Assembly: GCA_049287485.1 (NCBI GenBank)
Contig: JBAQFX010000243.1
Span: forward strand, 1 to 58,845
Length of the DNA: 58,845 bases
DNA from: Anaerolineales bacterium
GTDB taxonomy: Bacteria > Chloroflexota > Anaerolineae > Anaerolineales > UBA4823
Reading direction: 5' to 3'
The stretch's first letter is position 1. Each line of letters begins with the position of its first letter. The translations under genes and the position numbers were made by a program. Below are positions 1 through 7,959 of the stretch, one piece after another. The notes under the pieces are model-generated. The model did not search any database. It saw only the letters and a program-made list of their open reading frames with translations, and had not been told where the DNA came from.

Positions 1-219
1 ATCGAGGGTATTGCGAAGCGATCCATGGCTACGCTCAGGGCTGGCTTCCGGCCACAGCAGAGCAGCCAGAGCATCGCGCGGTTGTGGGCCTGACTCTATT
101 GCCAGGTAGATCAGTAACGCCAGCGTCTTGCGCGTGGGAAATGTTACCAGGTTATCCCCCAGACGTACTTCCGGGGGTCCCAATGCAGAGAGATGTAATG
201 GTAGTACCTGGTCAGCCAT
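1..219 (-). CDS. SARP/BTAD-type transcriptional regulator, N-terminal winged-helix part only (gene runs off the left edge)
   Basis: Absent from the ORF track because no stop lies in the window. Minus-strand ATG at 219. My translation MADQVLPLHLSALGPPEVRLGDNLVTFPTRKTLALLIYLAIESGPQPRDALAALLWPEASPERSHGSLRNTLD fits the LG..EV..G......TRK..ALLAYLA.....R..LA.LLWP pattern of AfsR/DnrI-like DNA-binding domains. Confidence 0.5.
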   Translation of the reverse strand, partial: MADQVLPLHLSALGPPEVRLGDNLVTFPTRKTLALLIYLAIESGPQPRDALAALLWPEASPERSHGSLRNTLD

Positions 220-334
220 TGCATGGCTCCTTGTGACGCTTTTGAGACTCTTTATCATTATACTCAGACTAAAGATTGATGGAAAGATATGGATTGAGCT
301 TAAGAAAGTGATTTTATCTGGAAGAAGGCCCACG

Positions 335-724
335 ATGTCTGGTATTGTTCTAACATTCCCCATCCTGGATGGTAAGGTGGAAGCCTGGCGACGGTTTTGC
401 CAGGAGTTATGTGGCTTTCGGCGAAAGCCGTACGAAGCCTCGCGCCAGCGATTGGGTATCACGCGCGAACGGTTGGCCTTGGTGGAAACCGCCTTTGGGG
501 CGACGGCTGTGACCACGTTGGAAGCACCTGATGTGGCTCAGGCTTTGGGGCAAATCATCATCTCAGTTCTCCCGTTTGACGTCTGGTATCGGGAGAAGCT
601 GCAGGAGCTGCACGGCGTCAACCTGGCCGGATTCGAGCAATTCGCCCAACCAACGCCCCTACCGCCCAACCAGGAGCTGCTCTTTGAGTGGACATTGAAT
701 TCCAGCGATACCAGGAAGAGCTAA
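335..724 (+). CDS. Small cytosolic protein of unknown function
   Basis: Track ORF 128..724. I prefer the ATG at 335 (MSGIVLTFPILDGKVEAWRRF...) because the upstream 69 codons overlap the divergent regulator start and look non-protein-like. No family recognised. Confidence 0.5.
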   Translation: MSGIVLTFPILDGKVEAWRRFCQELCGFRRKPYEASRQRLGITRERLALVETAFGATAVTTLEAPDVAQALGQIIISVLPFDVWYREKLQELHGVNLAGFEQFAQPTPLPPNQELLFEWTLNSSDTRKS

Positions 725-813
725 GCTTTCTTGGTGAAACGTTCTTGCGAAGGGTGTAGGACCTCCGCATGACCTTAATTAATAAACCTGATAAAAAAGG
801 AAGGGAGATTAGA

Positions 814-1071
814 ATGGGAGTACTTTCATGGATTGTGGTTGGTTTGATCGCCGGTTGGTTAGCCGGGATGGTTATGAAAGGGGGAGGCTTTGGGTTGATT
901 GGCGATATCATCGTCGGTGTGGTAGGCGGATTGTTGGGAGGTTGGATTGCTACCTCATTCCTACATATCGGCGGGATGTCGGGGATCAATCTGGGGTCAA
1001 TCCTGATTGCGTTCGCCGGGGCGGTAGTGTTGCTCCTCGTACTACGCCTGGTGCGTGGTGGAAGAAGATGA
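814..1071 (+). CDS. GlsB/YeaQ/YmgE-family (transglycosylase-associated) stress membrane protein
   Basis: MGVLSWIVVGLIAGWLAGMVMKGGGFGLIGDIIVGVVGGLLGGW is the typical Gly-rich TM signature. ATG at 814 is preceded by the AAGGAAGGGAG RBS. Track ORF 769..1071 starts earlier. Confidence 0.75.
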   Translation: MGVLSWIVVGLIAGWLAGMVMKGGGFGLIGDIIVGVVGGLLGGWIATSFLHIGGMSGINLGSILIAFAGAVVLLLVLRLVRGGRR

Positions 1072-1267
1072 ATTTGACGTAAATAGAAGCAATTTCTTCT
1101 ACAGGTTCGCTTACAAATCCACTAGACCAAAACCTGGGATTATGTAAACCTTTCACCTCGTCGAACCGCGACCTCCGCTTATGATGCTAACGGTGAGCAA
1201 TGCCTGAATTGAGTCGTACTTGAGAGACCCCTGTACCGTTAGAAGTTACTAGACAAGGAGAATTCCT

Positions 1268-1837
1268 ATGGACGAAAAAGAAACCATCCAATCCGAAGCT
1301 AAACCCGAAACCCGCCTGCATAAATCCATGCGCAGTGCCCTGCGTTGGGGTCTGGTGGCGCTATTGGCGTTTGGGCTGGGTGCGCTGGTAATCGCCTTCG
1401 CGCTCTACATCCCCACACGGCAGCAACTCGACAAAGCCAATGCCAACCTGGAGCAAGCCAACACGACGGTCACCAGCCAAACCGATCAGATCACCATATT
1501 ACAGACGGGTAACGAGACCCTGCAAAAGGATCTGGATTCCGCTGCGCTTCACGTGCAAGTGCTCATGGCGTTGTCAGGTGTGCGTGGAGCCAGCCAGGCG
1601 GTGGCGACCGGCGATTATGCGGGAGCCCGCCTGTCGTTGATCCAGGCTTCCAATGCGCTGGATATCCTGTCCGGTCTGCTGGGTACGGATCAAAAAGACG
1701 TGCTCACCGCCATGCAGCAGAGTGCTACTCAAGCTCTGACCAAGGTGAAGATAAACCTCTCATCAGCGCAACCGGAGCTGGATCAGTTAGCGAATAACTT
1801 GGTGCAACTTGAGGCTAACTTATTTCCCAACCCGTAA
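1268..1837 (+). CDS. Membrane-anchored coiled-coil protein, unknown function
   Basis: One N-terminal TM segment (LRWGLVALLAFGLGALVIAFALYI) is followed by a Q/L/A-rich helical region. RBS AAGGAG lies upstream of the ATG at 1268. Confidence 0.55.
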   Translation: MDEKETIQSEAKPETRLHKSMRSALRWGLVALLAFGLGALVIAFALYIPTRQQLDKANANLEQANTTVTSQTDQITILQTGNETLQKDLDSAALHVQVLMALSGVRGASQAVATGDYAGARLSLIQASNALDILSGLLGTDQKDVLTAMQQSATQALTKVKINLSSAQPELDQLANNLVQLEANLFPNP

Positions 1838-2098
1838 GATGAGCGGATGATGTAAATTCTGCCTTTATTAGAAAAAACCAGAGTTTGAAAGGCTGTCCGA
1901 TTAACAAGTGCCGTGTGCTGCCGCTCATGCTAAACTGGCTTCTAAACAGAATAAAATTATGGATCTTCCTTATTAAGCCAATGTGGCCAGTATGACGAGT
2001 GAAAAAAGCGCCAAATATGCCTTATGAAGGATCTTTTCTAAAACATACTCCCCTTTGTGAATGAAACGATCTCTTTTTATATAGATTAGGAGCAAACT

Positions 2099-2320
2099 AT
2101 GGAAAACCAAATCACATGCCCTCACTGTAAAAGAACGATATCGAATAACCCAGTGATCGAATCTGCGGTAAAGGGAGAGGATCTTGGATCGACCTTCCTC
2201 ATATGCGAGTGTGGCGAAAAGATCACATTTTGGGCTATTACTGCCCAGTTAAGAGACCAGAAAAAGCCTGTTGCAAGAATCAAAAGTTGGTTTCATAAAC
2301 TAAGCCAGGCTCAAGGCTAG
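2099..2320 (+). CDS. Small Cys-rich (zinc-ribbon-like) protein
   Basis: 73 aa with CPHC...CEC, a RBS (TTAGGAGCAAACTATG), and a stop 13 nt before the radical SAM gene start. Confidence 0.5.
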   Translation: MENQITCPHCKRTISNNPVIESAVKGEDLGSTFLICECGEKITFWAITAQLRDQKKPVARIKSWFHKLSQAQG

Positions 2321-2332
2321 AATGAGGTAACT

Positions 2333-3811
2333 ATGAGAATCTTACTGGTTTACCCCGAGTTCCCCGACACCTTTTGGAGTTTCAAGCACGCCTTGCGCTT
2401 TATCCATAAAAAGGCGGCTTCCCCCCCGTTAGGTCTGTTAACTGTGGCGGCTATGCTGCCTGCTGAATGGGAAAAACGCCTGGTCGACCTCAACGTGACC
2501 GACCTGACAACCAATGACCTGGCCTGGGCAGATTATGTCTTCATCAGCGCCATGATTGTTCAGCGCGAGGCTGCACGCGCATTGATCGCCCGGTGTAAAG
2601 ATTTTGGCGCAAAAGTGGTAGCAGGGGGACCGCTCTTCACTATGGAACACGAGCAGTTCCCGGAAGTCGATCACTTCGTGCTCAATGAAGCCGAATTGAC
2701 CCTTCCGTTATTCCTTGAAGACCTGGCCCATGGACGCGCCCAGCACTTATATGCCACAAACGAGTATCCAGATATCCACCAAACCCCGGCGCCATTATGG
2801 CGGCTGGTAAATCTCAAGCAGTATGACACATTCAGCATTCAGTTTTCACGCGGCTGCCCCTTCAGTTGCGACTTTTGCAACGTAACTGCCCTATTGGGGC
2901 ATCGTCCGCGTACCAAAACCGCAGCCCAGATCATTGCCGAGCTGGACAGTCTGTACTTGTTGGGCTGGCGTAAAAGTATCTTTTTTGTGGATGACAACTT
3001 CATTGGTAACAAGAAACAGATCAAGTCTGAAATCCTGCCAGCCTTGATCGAATGGCGTAAAGGCAAGACCGGTATGCCGTTCAGCACCGAAGTCTCGATC
3101 AATCTGGTCGACGATCCAGAGCTGCTGAACCTCATGACGCAAGCCGGATTCGACACGGTGTTCGTCGGTATCGAGACACCCAACGAAGGTAGCCTGACCG
3201 AGTGCAGCAAGAACCAAAACAAAGGCCGTGACCTGGTGGAAAGTGTCAAGCAGCTGCAGCGCGCCGGCCTTCAGGTACAAGGCGGTTTCATTGTCGGTTT
3301 TGACAACGATCCACCCTCTATCTTCCAACAGCAGATCGATTTCATCCAAAAAAGCGGGATCGTGACCGCCATGGTGGGGTTGCTGCAAGCCCCTCCTGGG
3401 ACGCGCCTGTATGAGCGTATGCGCAAAGAAGGCCGTCTGGTGAAGGAAATGTCTGGCGATAACGTGGATGGCTCGACCAACATCCTCCCCAAAATGGGCT
3501 TGGAACCCTTACAGGAGGGATATCGCAAGCTCCTGGCTCAAATTTATGCCCCCAAAGCCTATTACGAGCGGGTTTTAACCTTCCTGCGCGAGTACCATCC
3601 GCCAGAGATACGGATTCACCTGGATCCCCAATATATCCTGGCATTTGGTCGTTCGATTTACCGGCTGGGCATCCGCGGTGTTGAACGGGTCCAATACTGG
3701 CGGCTCTTTTTCTGGACCCTGTTCCGACGCCCGCGCCTGTTCCCATTAGCCATCACGCTGGCCATTATGGGTTTCCATTTCCGCCAGGTGGTCGAGCTGC
3801 ATGTCGGTTGA
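2333..3811 (+). CDS. B12-binding-domain radical SAM protein (DUF4070-type C-terminus)
   Basis: N-terminal Rossmann-like B12-binding region (MRILLVYPEF...PPLGLLTVAAML) and a CxxxCxxC cluster (SRGCPFSCDFC). Length 492 aa. Confidence 0.85.
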   Translation: MRILLVYPEFPDTFWSFKHALRFIHKKAASPPLGLLTVAAMLPAEWEKRLVDLNVTDLTTNDLAWADYVFISAMIVQREAARALIARCKDFGAKVVAGGPLFTMEHEQFPEVDHFVLNEAELTLPLFLEDLAHGRAQHLYATNEYPDIHQTPAPLWRLVNLKQYDTFSIQFSRGCPFSCDFCNVTALLGHRPRTKTAAQIIAELDSLYLLGWRKSIFFVDDNFIGNKKQIKSEILPALIEWRKGKTGMPFSTEVSINLVDDPELLNLMTQAGFDTVFVGIETPNEGSLTECSKNQNKGRDLVESVKQLQRAGLQVQGGFIVGFDNDPPSIFQQQIDFIQKSGIVTAMVGLLQAPPGTRLYERMRKEGRLVKEMSGDNVDGSTNILPKMGLEPLQEGYRKLLAQIYAPKAYYERVLTFLREYHPPEIRIHLDPQYILAFGRSIYRLGIRGVERVQYWRLFFWTLFRRPRLFPLAITLAIMGFHFRQVVELHVG

Positions 3812-3858
3812 GCAGTGACTGGGTTTGAGCCATAATCCGCTAAAAAGGAGTTACACAA

Positions 3859-3972
3859 ATGCCAGATAAAAAGAACAAAACAAAGAAGAAAAAACGGCTA
3901 TCCAAAGGGAAACGCACGCATGTGCGGCGGCTTAAGCAAGAAGCAGGCAAGACTGTTCCCGTTCACAAGTAG
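3859..3972 (+). CDS. Candidate 37-aa highly basic micro-protein
   Basis: Not in the ORF track (too short). AAAAAGGAG lies 8 nt before the ATG at 3859. Translation MPDKKNKTKKKKRLSKGKRTHVRRLKQEAGKTVPVHK, stop TAG at 3970..3972. Confidence 0.35.
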   Translation: MPDKKNKTKKKKRLSKGKRTHVRRLKQEAGKTVPVHK

Positions 3973-4098
3973 CCAACCTGAACCTCACTCAACCATTCAA
4001 GGTCGTCGCTGCGCTGACTGGATCGCCAAACCAGGCGACCGAGTCAACTTTCGATGCCACGTAGCACTGGTCATTAGTTCCTAATCTAAGGATTTCCT

Positions 4099-5613
4099 AT
4101 GCTTCAAACGGCTTACAATGAAAAACAGCACCGCGCGATTTTGCAGAGCATCGCTCACCGGGCAATGCTCGAGCGAGGATTGCTCCCTGATTTTTCTGCC
4201 GCAGCGCTGGCAGAATTGGGCAGGCTCCAGTCGCCTGCGATGAAAAATGGTGCGCCAGCTGGTACGGAGAGCCAGATTCGTGACTTGCGCGACCTTTTAT
4301 GGGCTTCCATTGACAATGATGACTCGCGTGACCTGGATCAGTTAACTGTGGCCGAGGCCATGCCTGCGGACGAAGTAAAGGTTCTGGTTGCCATCGCGGA
4401 TGTGGATGCGGTAATTAAAAATGATTCAGCTATTGACCAACACGCGCGCCATAACACTACCTCGGTTTATACAGCAGCCGAAACCTTCCCGATGTTGCCT
4501 GAAGCAATTTCGACCGATATCACCTCATTGAATTTCAACGAGGAGCGCCTTGCCCTCGTCATTGAAATGGTGATTGGTGCGGATGGATCCCTTCAGGATT
4601 CGGATATCTGCCATGCCTGGGTACGCAATCATGCCAAGCTTGCCTATAATAGTCTGGCCGCCTGGCTGGAAGGGAATGGAGATATTCCTGAGACAGTCAG
4701 GATTGTAAAGGGGCTGGAAGAGAATCTACGGCTGCAAGATAAGGCAACCCAAAGGATGAAGCATTTACGGCACATTCATGGGGCGCTTACCCTGGAAACC
4801 ATCGAGGCTAAACCGGTATTCGATGGCGACCAAATCTGTGCACTTGAAATCGAGGAAAAAAACCGCGCGAAGGAGATTATCGAGGATTTGATGATCGCCG
4901 CGAACGGAGTGACCGCTCGATATCTCTCCGCCAGAAAATTCCCCTCCGTCCGCCGCGTCGTGCGCACGCCAAAACGGTGGGAGCGGATTGTTAAGATTGC
5001 TAACGAACATGGGAGCAAGCTTCCTGGTAATCCAGATTCAAAAGCTTTGGAGGAGTTTCTCATCAAGGAGAAGGCTACTGATCCTTTGCGTTTCCCCGAC
5101 TTATCCCTGGCAGTGATCAAACTTATCGGAAACGGTGAATATATTGCCGAACTCCCTGAAGGAAATGCCCCGGGTCACTTTGGCCTCGCCGTCAAAGACT
5201 ATGCACATTCAACCGCGCCCAATCGTCGCTATCCCGATTTGCTCACCCAACGTTTGTTGAAAGCAGCCTTAGCAGATCAAGCAGTGCCATATAAAATAGA
5301 TGAGCTGGATGTTCTGGCAGCTCATTGCACGGCAGCAGAAGATGCCGCCACTAAAGTCGAACGTCAGGTCGAAAAATCTGCGGCTGCGCTTCTGCTCGAA
5401 TCGAGAATCGGAGAGCAGTTCGATTCGATTGTCACCGGCGCTTCTGAGAAAGGCACCTGGGTCCGGCTTCTCAGCCTGCCGGTTGAAGGTAAACTGGTGC
5501 GTGGGTTTGATGGTGTGGATGTTGGTGACCGAATGCGCGTGCAATTAATCGATACCAATGTTGAGCGGGGGTTTATCGATTTCAAGAAAGCTGGTGTTTC
5601 CAGACATAGGTAA
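4099..5613 (+). CDS. RNB-domain 3'-5' exoribonuclease (RNase II/R family) with C-terminal S1 domain, lacking N-terminal cold-shock domains
   Basis: RNB motif I-like IDNDDSRDLDQLT, the central RNB region, and an S1-like C-terminus (GASEKGTWVRLLSLPVEGKLVRG...VQLIDTNVERGFIDF). At 504 aa it is shorter than E. coli RNase II. Confidence 0.8.
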   Translation: MLQTAYNEKQHRAILQSIAHRAMLERGLLPDFSAAALAELGRLQSPAMKNGAPAGTESQIRDLRDLLWASIDNDDSRDLDQLTVAEAMPADEVKVLVAIADVDAVIKNDSAIDQHARHNTTSVYTAAETFPMLPEAISTDITSLNFNEERLALVIEMVIGADGSLQDSDICHAWVRNHAKLAYNSLAAWLEGNGDIPETVRIVKGLEENLRLQDKATQRMKHLRHIHGALTLETIEAKPVFDGDQICALEIEEKNRAKEIIEDLMIAANGVTARYLSARKFPSVRRVVRTPKRWERIVKIANEHGSKLPGNPDSKALEEFLIKEKATDPLRFPDLSLAVIKLIGNGEYIAELPEGNAPGHFGLAVKDYAHSTAPNRRYPDLLTQRLLKAALADQAVPYKIDELDVLAAHCTAAEDAATKVERQVEKSAAALLLESRIGEQFDSIVTGASEKGTWVRLLSLPVEGKLVRGFDGVDVGDRMRVQLIDTNVERGFIDFKKAGVSRHR

Positions 5614-5648
5614 GGAGACATTTATGAAAATTGAAATCGGTTTATTTA

Positions 5649-5676
5649 TAGACCATTGAGAAGCTGTGGGTATAAT
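5649..5676 (+). promoter_or_regulatory. Candidate sigma70-type promoter for the leader and baeRF transcript
   Basis: Perfect TATAAT at 5671..5676 with a TAGACC -35-like hexamer 16 nt upstream. Confidence 0.35.
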
Positions 5677-6055
5677 AGTTAGCAATGAAGGTGAAGAAGT
5701 CAGGGAAGTCACCTCCCACATGGAAAAGCATGTGAGATATTCCAATGACACGTCTAAGGGTGGCTCTTCGGAGGATGCGCGTGAACCCCAGTTTGGGAAT
5801 CGCCTGAACAGCTCCAACGATACCGTCATCGCCGTTATTCGTGACGGAGACTCGGTCTGAATATTCGGCTCAGGGGAGGCTGAAAGTGAGCTTTAAAAAC
5901 GCCTGGAAAGAATCACGCTCAAAGAGACGATGCTGGGGGAGCATGCCGGACCGCTGTGGGCATTAGGGTGGCAATGATCACACCGAGCTGCGTGGTGAGG
6001 ACGTGGTCGAGGCGAGTATCACAATATATAGAGTATTTTCACAAGGAGAAAGAAA

Positions 6056-7222
6056 ATGGATATTTTGACTAGAGCCGAGCTAGAACAGTTAATGCGTAAA
6101 GACCAGCAATGGTGTGTTTCAATCTATATACCGACCCATCGTACCGGGACGGATGCTCAGCAGGATCCGCTTCAGCTGAGAAACCAGCTCAGGGAGGCTG
6201 AGAAGCGCCTATCTGCCCGGGGTGTAAGCAGGCGCGATGTGCAAAAAATGCTCAAACCAGCCAGCAAGCTCTTGCAGGAACCTTATTTCTGGCAGCATCA
6301 AAGTGATGGCCTGGCGATTTTTCTCTCTTCCAACGGAGTTCGTCGCTATCGTCTCCCGTTAAATTTTGAAGAATTAGTAGTTGTCGACGACCATTTCCAC
6401 ATTACACCGCTACTGCCCCTCTTCACTGGCGATGGTCAATTCTACATCCTTGCGTTGAGCCAGAACAAAGTCAGGTTGCTGAATGGTACTCGCGATAGCG
6501 TCAGTGAAGTTGATATCGGTCAGGTAGGTGGCAGCCTGGCTGAAGCAATACCTTCCGCCGATCATCAAATGAGCCTTCAACTCCACACGTCTGGGAGCAC
6601 TGGTGGGATGTCTGGGAGTGGTTCTGTAACATTCCATGGGCAAGCCAGTGGCAGCGACGAAAGCTCCAAGAATGAGCTTCTACGCTACTTTCGCCTTGTT
6701 TCGGATGGCTTGACGGAATTTCTACAGGAAGACCGGAGGCCGCTCGTGTTAGCGGGAGTTGAATTCTTGCTTCCAATCTATAAAGAAGCCAACACGTATC
6801 CAAACTTGATAGACACAGTCATCAAGGGGAATCCCGATTTGCTGAGTGCGGACGAGTTACATAAAAGCGCCTGGGATATTCTTGAGCCTCTCTTCCAGGC
6901 AGCACAAGAAGAGGCTATCGCCCATTACCAACAACTTGCCGGGCAGGTAAGCGCACGAGTCGCAGACACAGTGGAAAAGATCCTTCCAGCAGCTTATCAC
7001 GGCCAGGTTGAAACTTTGTTCATCGCGACCGGAATGCAGCAATGGGGTATCTTTGATCCAGTTACAAATGAGATTGAATTACATGATCATATGGAGTCCG
7101 GCGACGAGTCCCTGATTGATTTGGCAGCCGTCCAGAGCTACTTGAAAGGTGGAATAGTCTACGTCGTGGATTCAGATAAGGTGCCAGGGGGAACAATTGC
7201 TTCCGCTGTGCTCCGCTATTAA
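6056..7222 (+). CDS. baeRF-family protein (bacterial homolog of archaeo-eukaryotic release factor eRF1/Pelota)
   Basis: N-terminus LTRAELEQLMRKDQQWCVSIYIPTHRTGTDAQQDPLQLRNQLREAEKRL is typical of baeRF families. The C-terminus ends ...GGTIASAVLRY, resembling the GGI.AILRY end of eRF1 domain 3. RBS AAGGAGAAAG. Confidence 0.6.
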   Translation: MDILTRAELEQLMRKDQQWCVSIYIPTHRTGTDAQQDPLQLRNQLREAEKRLSARGVSRRDVQKMLKPASKLLQEPYFWQHQSDGLAIFLSSNGVRRYRLPLNFEELVVVDDHFHITPLLPLFTGDGQFYILALSQNKVRLLNGTRDSVSEVDIGQVGGSLAEAIPSADHQMSLQLHTSGSTGGMSGSGSVTFHGQASGSDESSKNELLRYFRLVSDGLTEFLQEDRRPLVLAGVEFLLPIYKEANTYPNLIDTVIKGNPDLLSADELHKSAWDILEPLFQAAQEEAIAHYQQLAGQVSARVADTVEKILPAAYHGQVETLFIATGMQQWGIFDPVTNEIELHDHMESGDESLIDLAAVQSYLKGGIVYVVDSDKVPGGTIASAVLRY

Positions 7223-7370
7223 TCAAGCGTCTTTGCTCAGCCTGGCACCTGCAAGTTTTGTGGCGGTGAAGCACAAGCGCTACTGTAATTAACTGTTATG
7301 GGACGAGAAACCCAAACACATAGCGATACGATAAGTTTTCGTTATTCTCGATAGCCAAAGGAATAAAAAA

Positions 7371-7700
7371 ATGGATAAAGCCGGTTTTCCTATTGAGTTT
7401 AATAATGAAATTGATGACGTGAAGGAAAGCGAGAACGAATTCCACACCCTAGCCGTAGACCGTCTTAGTAAATTGGCAGAAGGTCACAATGACATTTCAG
7501 GTGGGGTTGTTAACCTGAAGCAACCTGCCAAAGGATATCAGACATCGTATATATACGAAGTGACGATTGTCGTCTATACGGGATCAGATCATATCGCAGC
7601 TACCGAAAAAGGTGAGCAGTTTCAATCCACGCTGGATGGCGCTTTAGATGCTGTTGAACGGCAAGTTCATGAACGACGCAAACAACAACGAAACTACTAA
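7371..7700 (+). CDS. HPF/RaiA-family ribosome-associated (hibernation) protein, short form
   Basis: 109 aa. The layout matches sigma54-modulation/S30EA family proteins (...VVNLKQ....YEVTIVVY...HIAATEKGEQFQSTLDGALDAVERQVHERRKQ). Confidence 0.6.
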   Translation: MDKAGFPIEFNNEIDDVKESENEFHTLAVDRLSKLAEGHNDISGGVVNLKQPAKGYQTSYIYEVTIVVYTGSDHIAATEKGEQFQSTLDGALDAVERQVHERRKQQRNY

Positions 7701-7959
7701 ACCATCCAAATTGCTACCTTTAACATGGTCAAATATGCTGGGTTAGACGAGGCCTAAATCGATGTTTCAAAAGAAGGTGAACGCTTGAGCATTGTGATCT
7801 CAGACCGTTTCCATGGAACCAGGGCGACTATTGTAGTGCTAGTGTTGGGCGGAGTCATCGACCGCAACTCGGGCCAACGCGACCGTTTGGGGCTTTTAAC
7901 CTTCTGGATAACAAGATTCGCATTTACAAAAGAGCAACATTATAAAGGTGGAGGAACAT

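Noticed and set aside
128-334. N-terminal 69 codons of track ORF 128..724
   Set aside because: They overlap the start and promoter region of the divergent SARP-like gene (ATG at 219 on the minus strand) and have odd composition (RLFIIILRLKIDGKIW). The internal ATG at 335 gives a compact protein.
5666-5860. 64-aa ORF inside the baeRF leader
   Set aside because: It has a GTG start, no SD, and low-complexity, non-protein-like composition, and it overlaps predicted hairpins. I treat it as non-coding leader.
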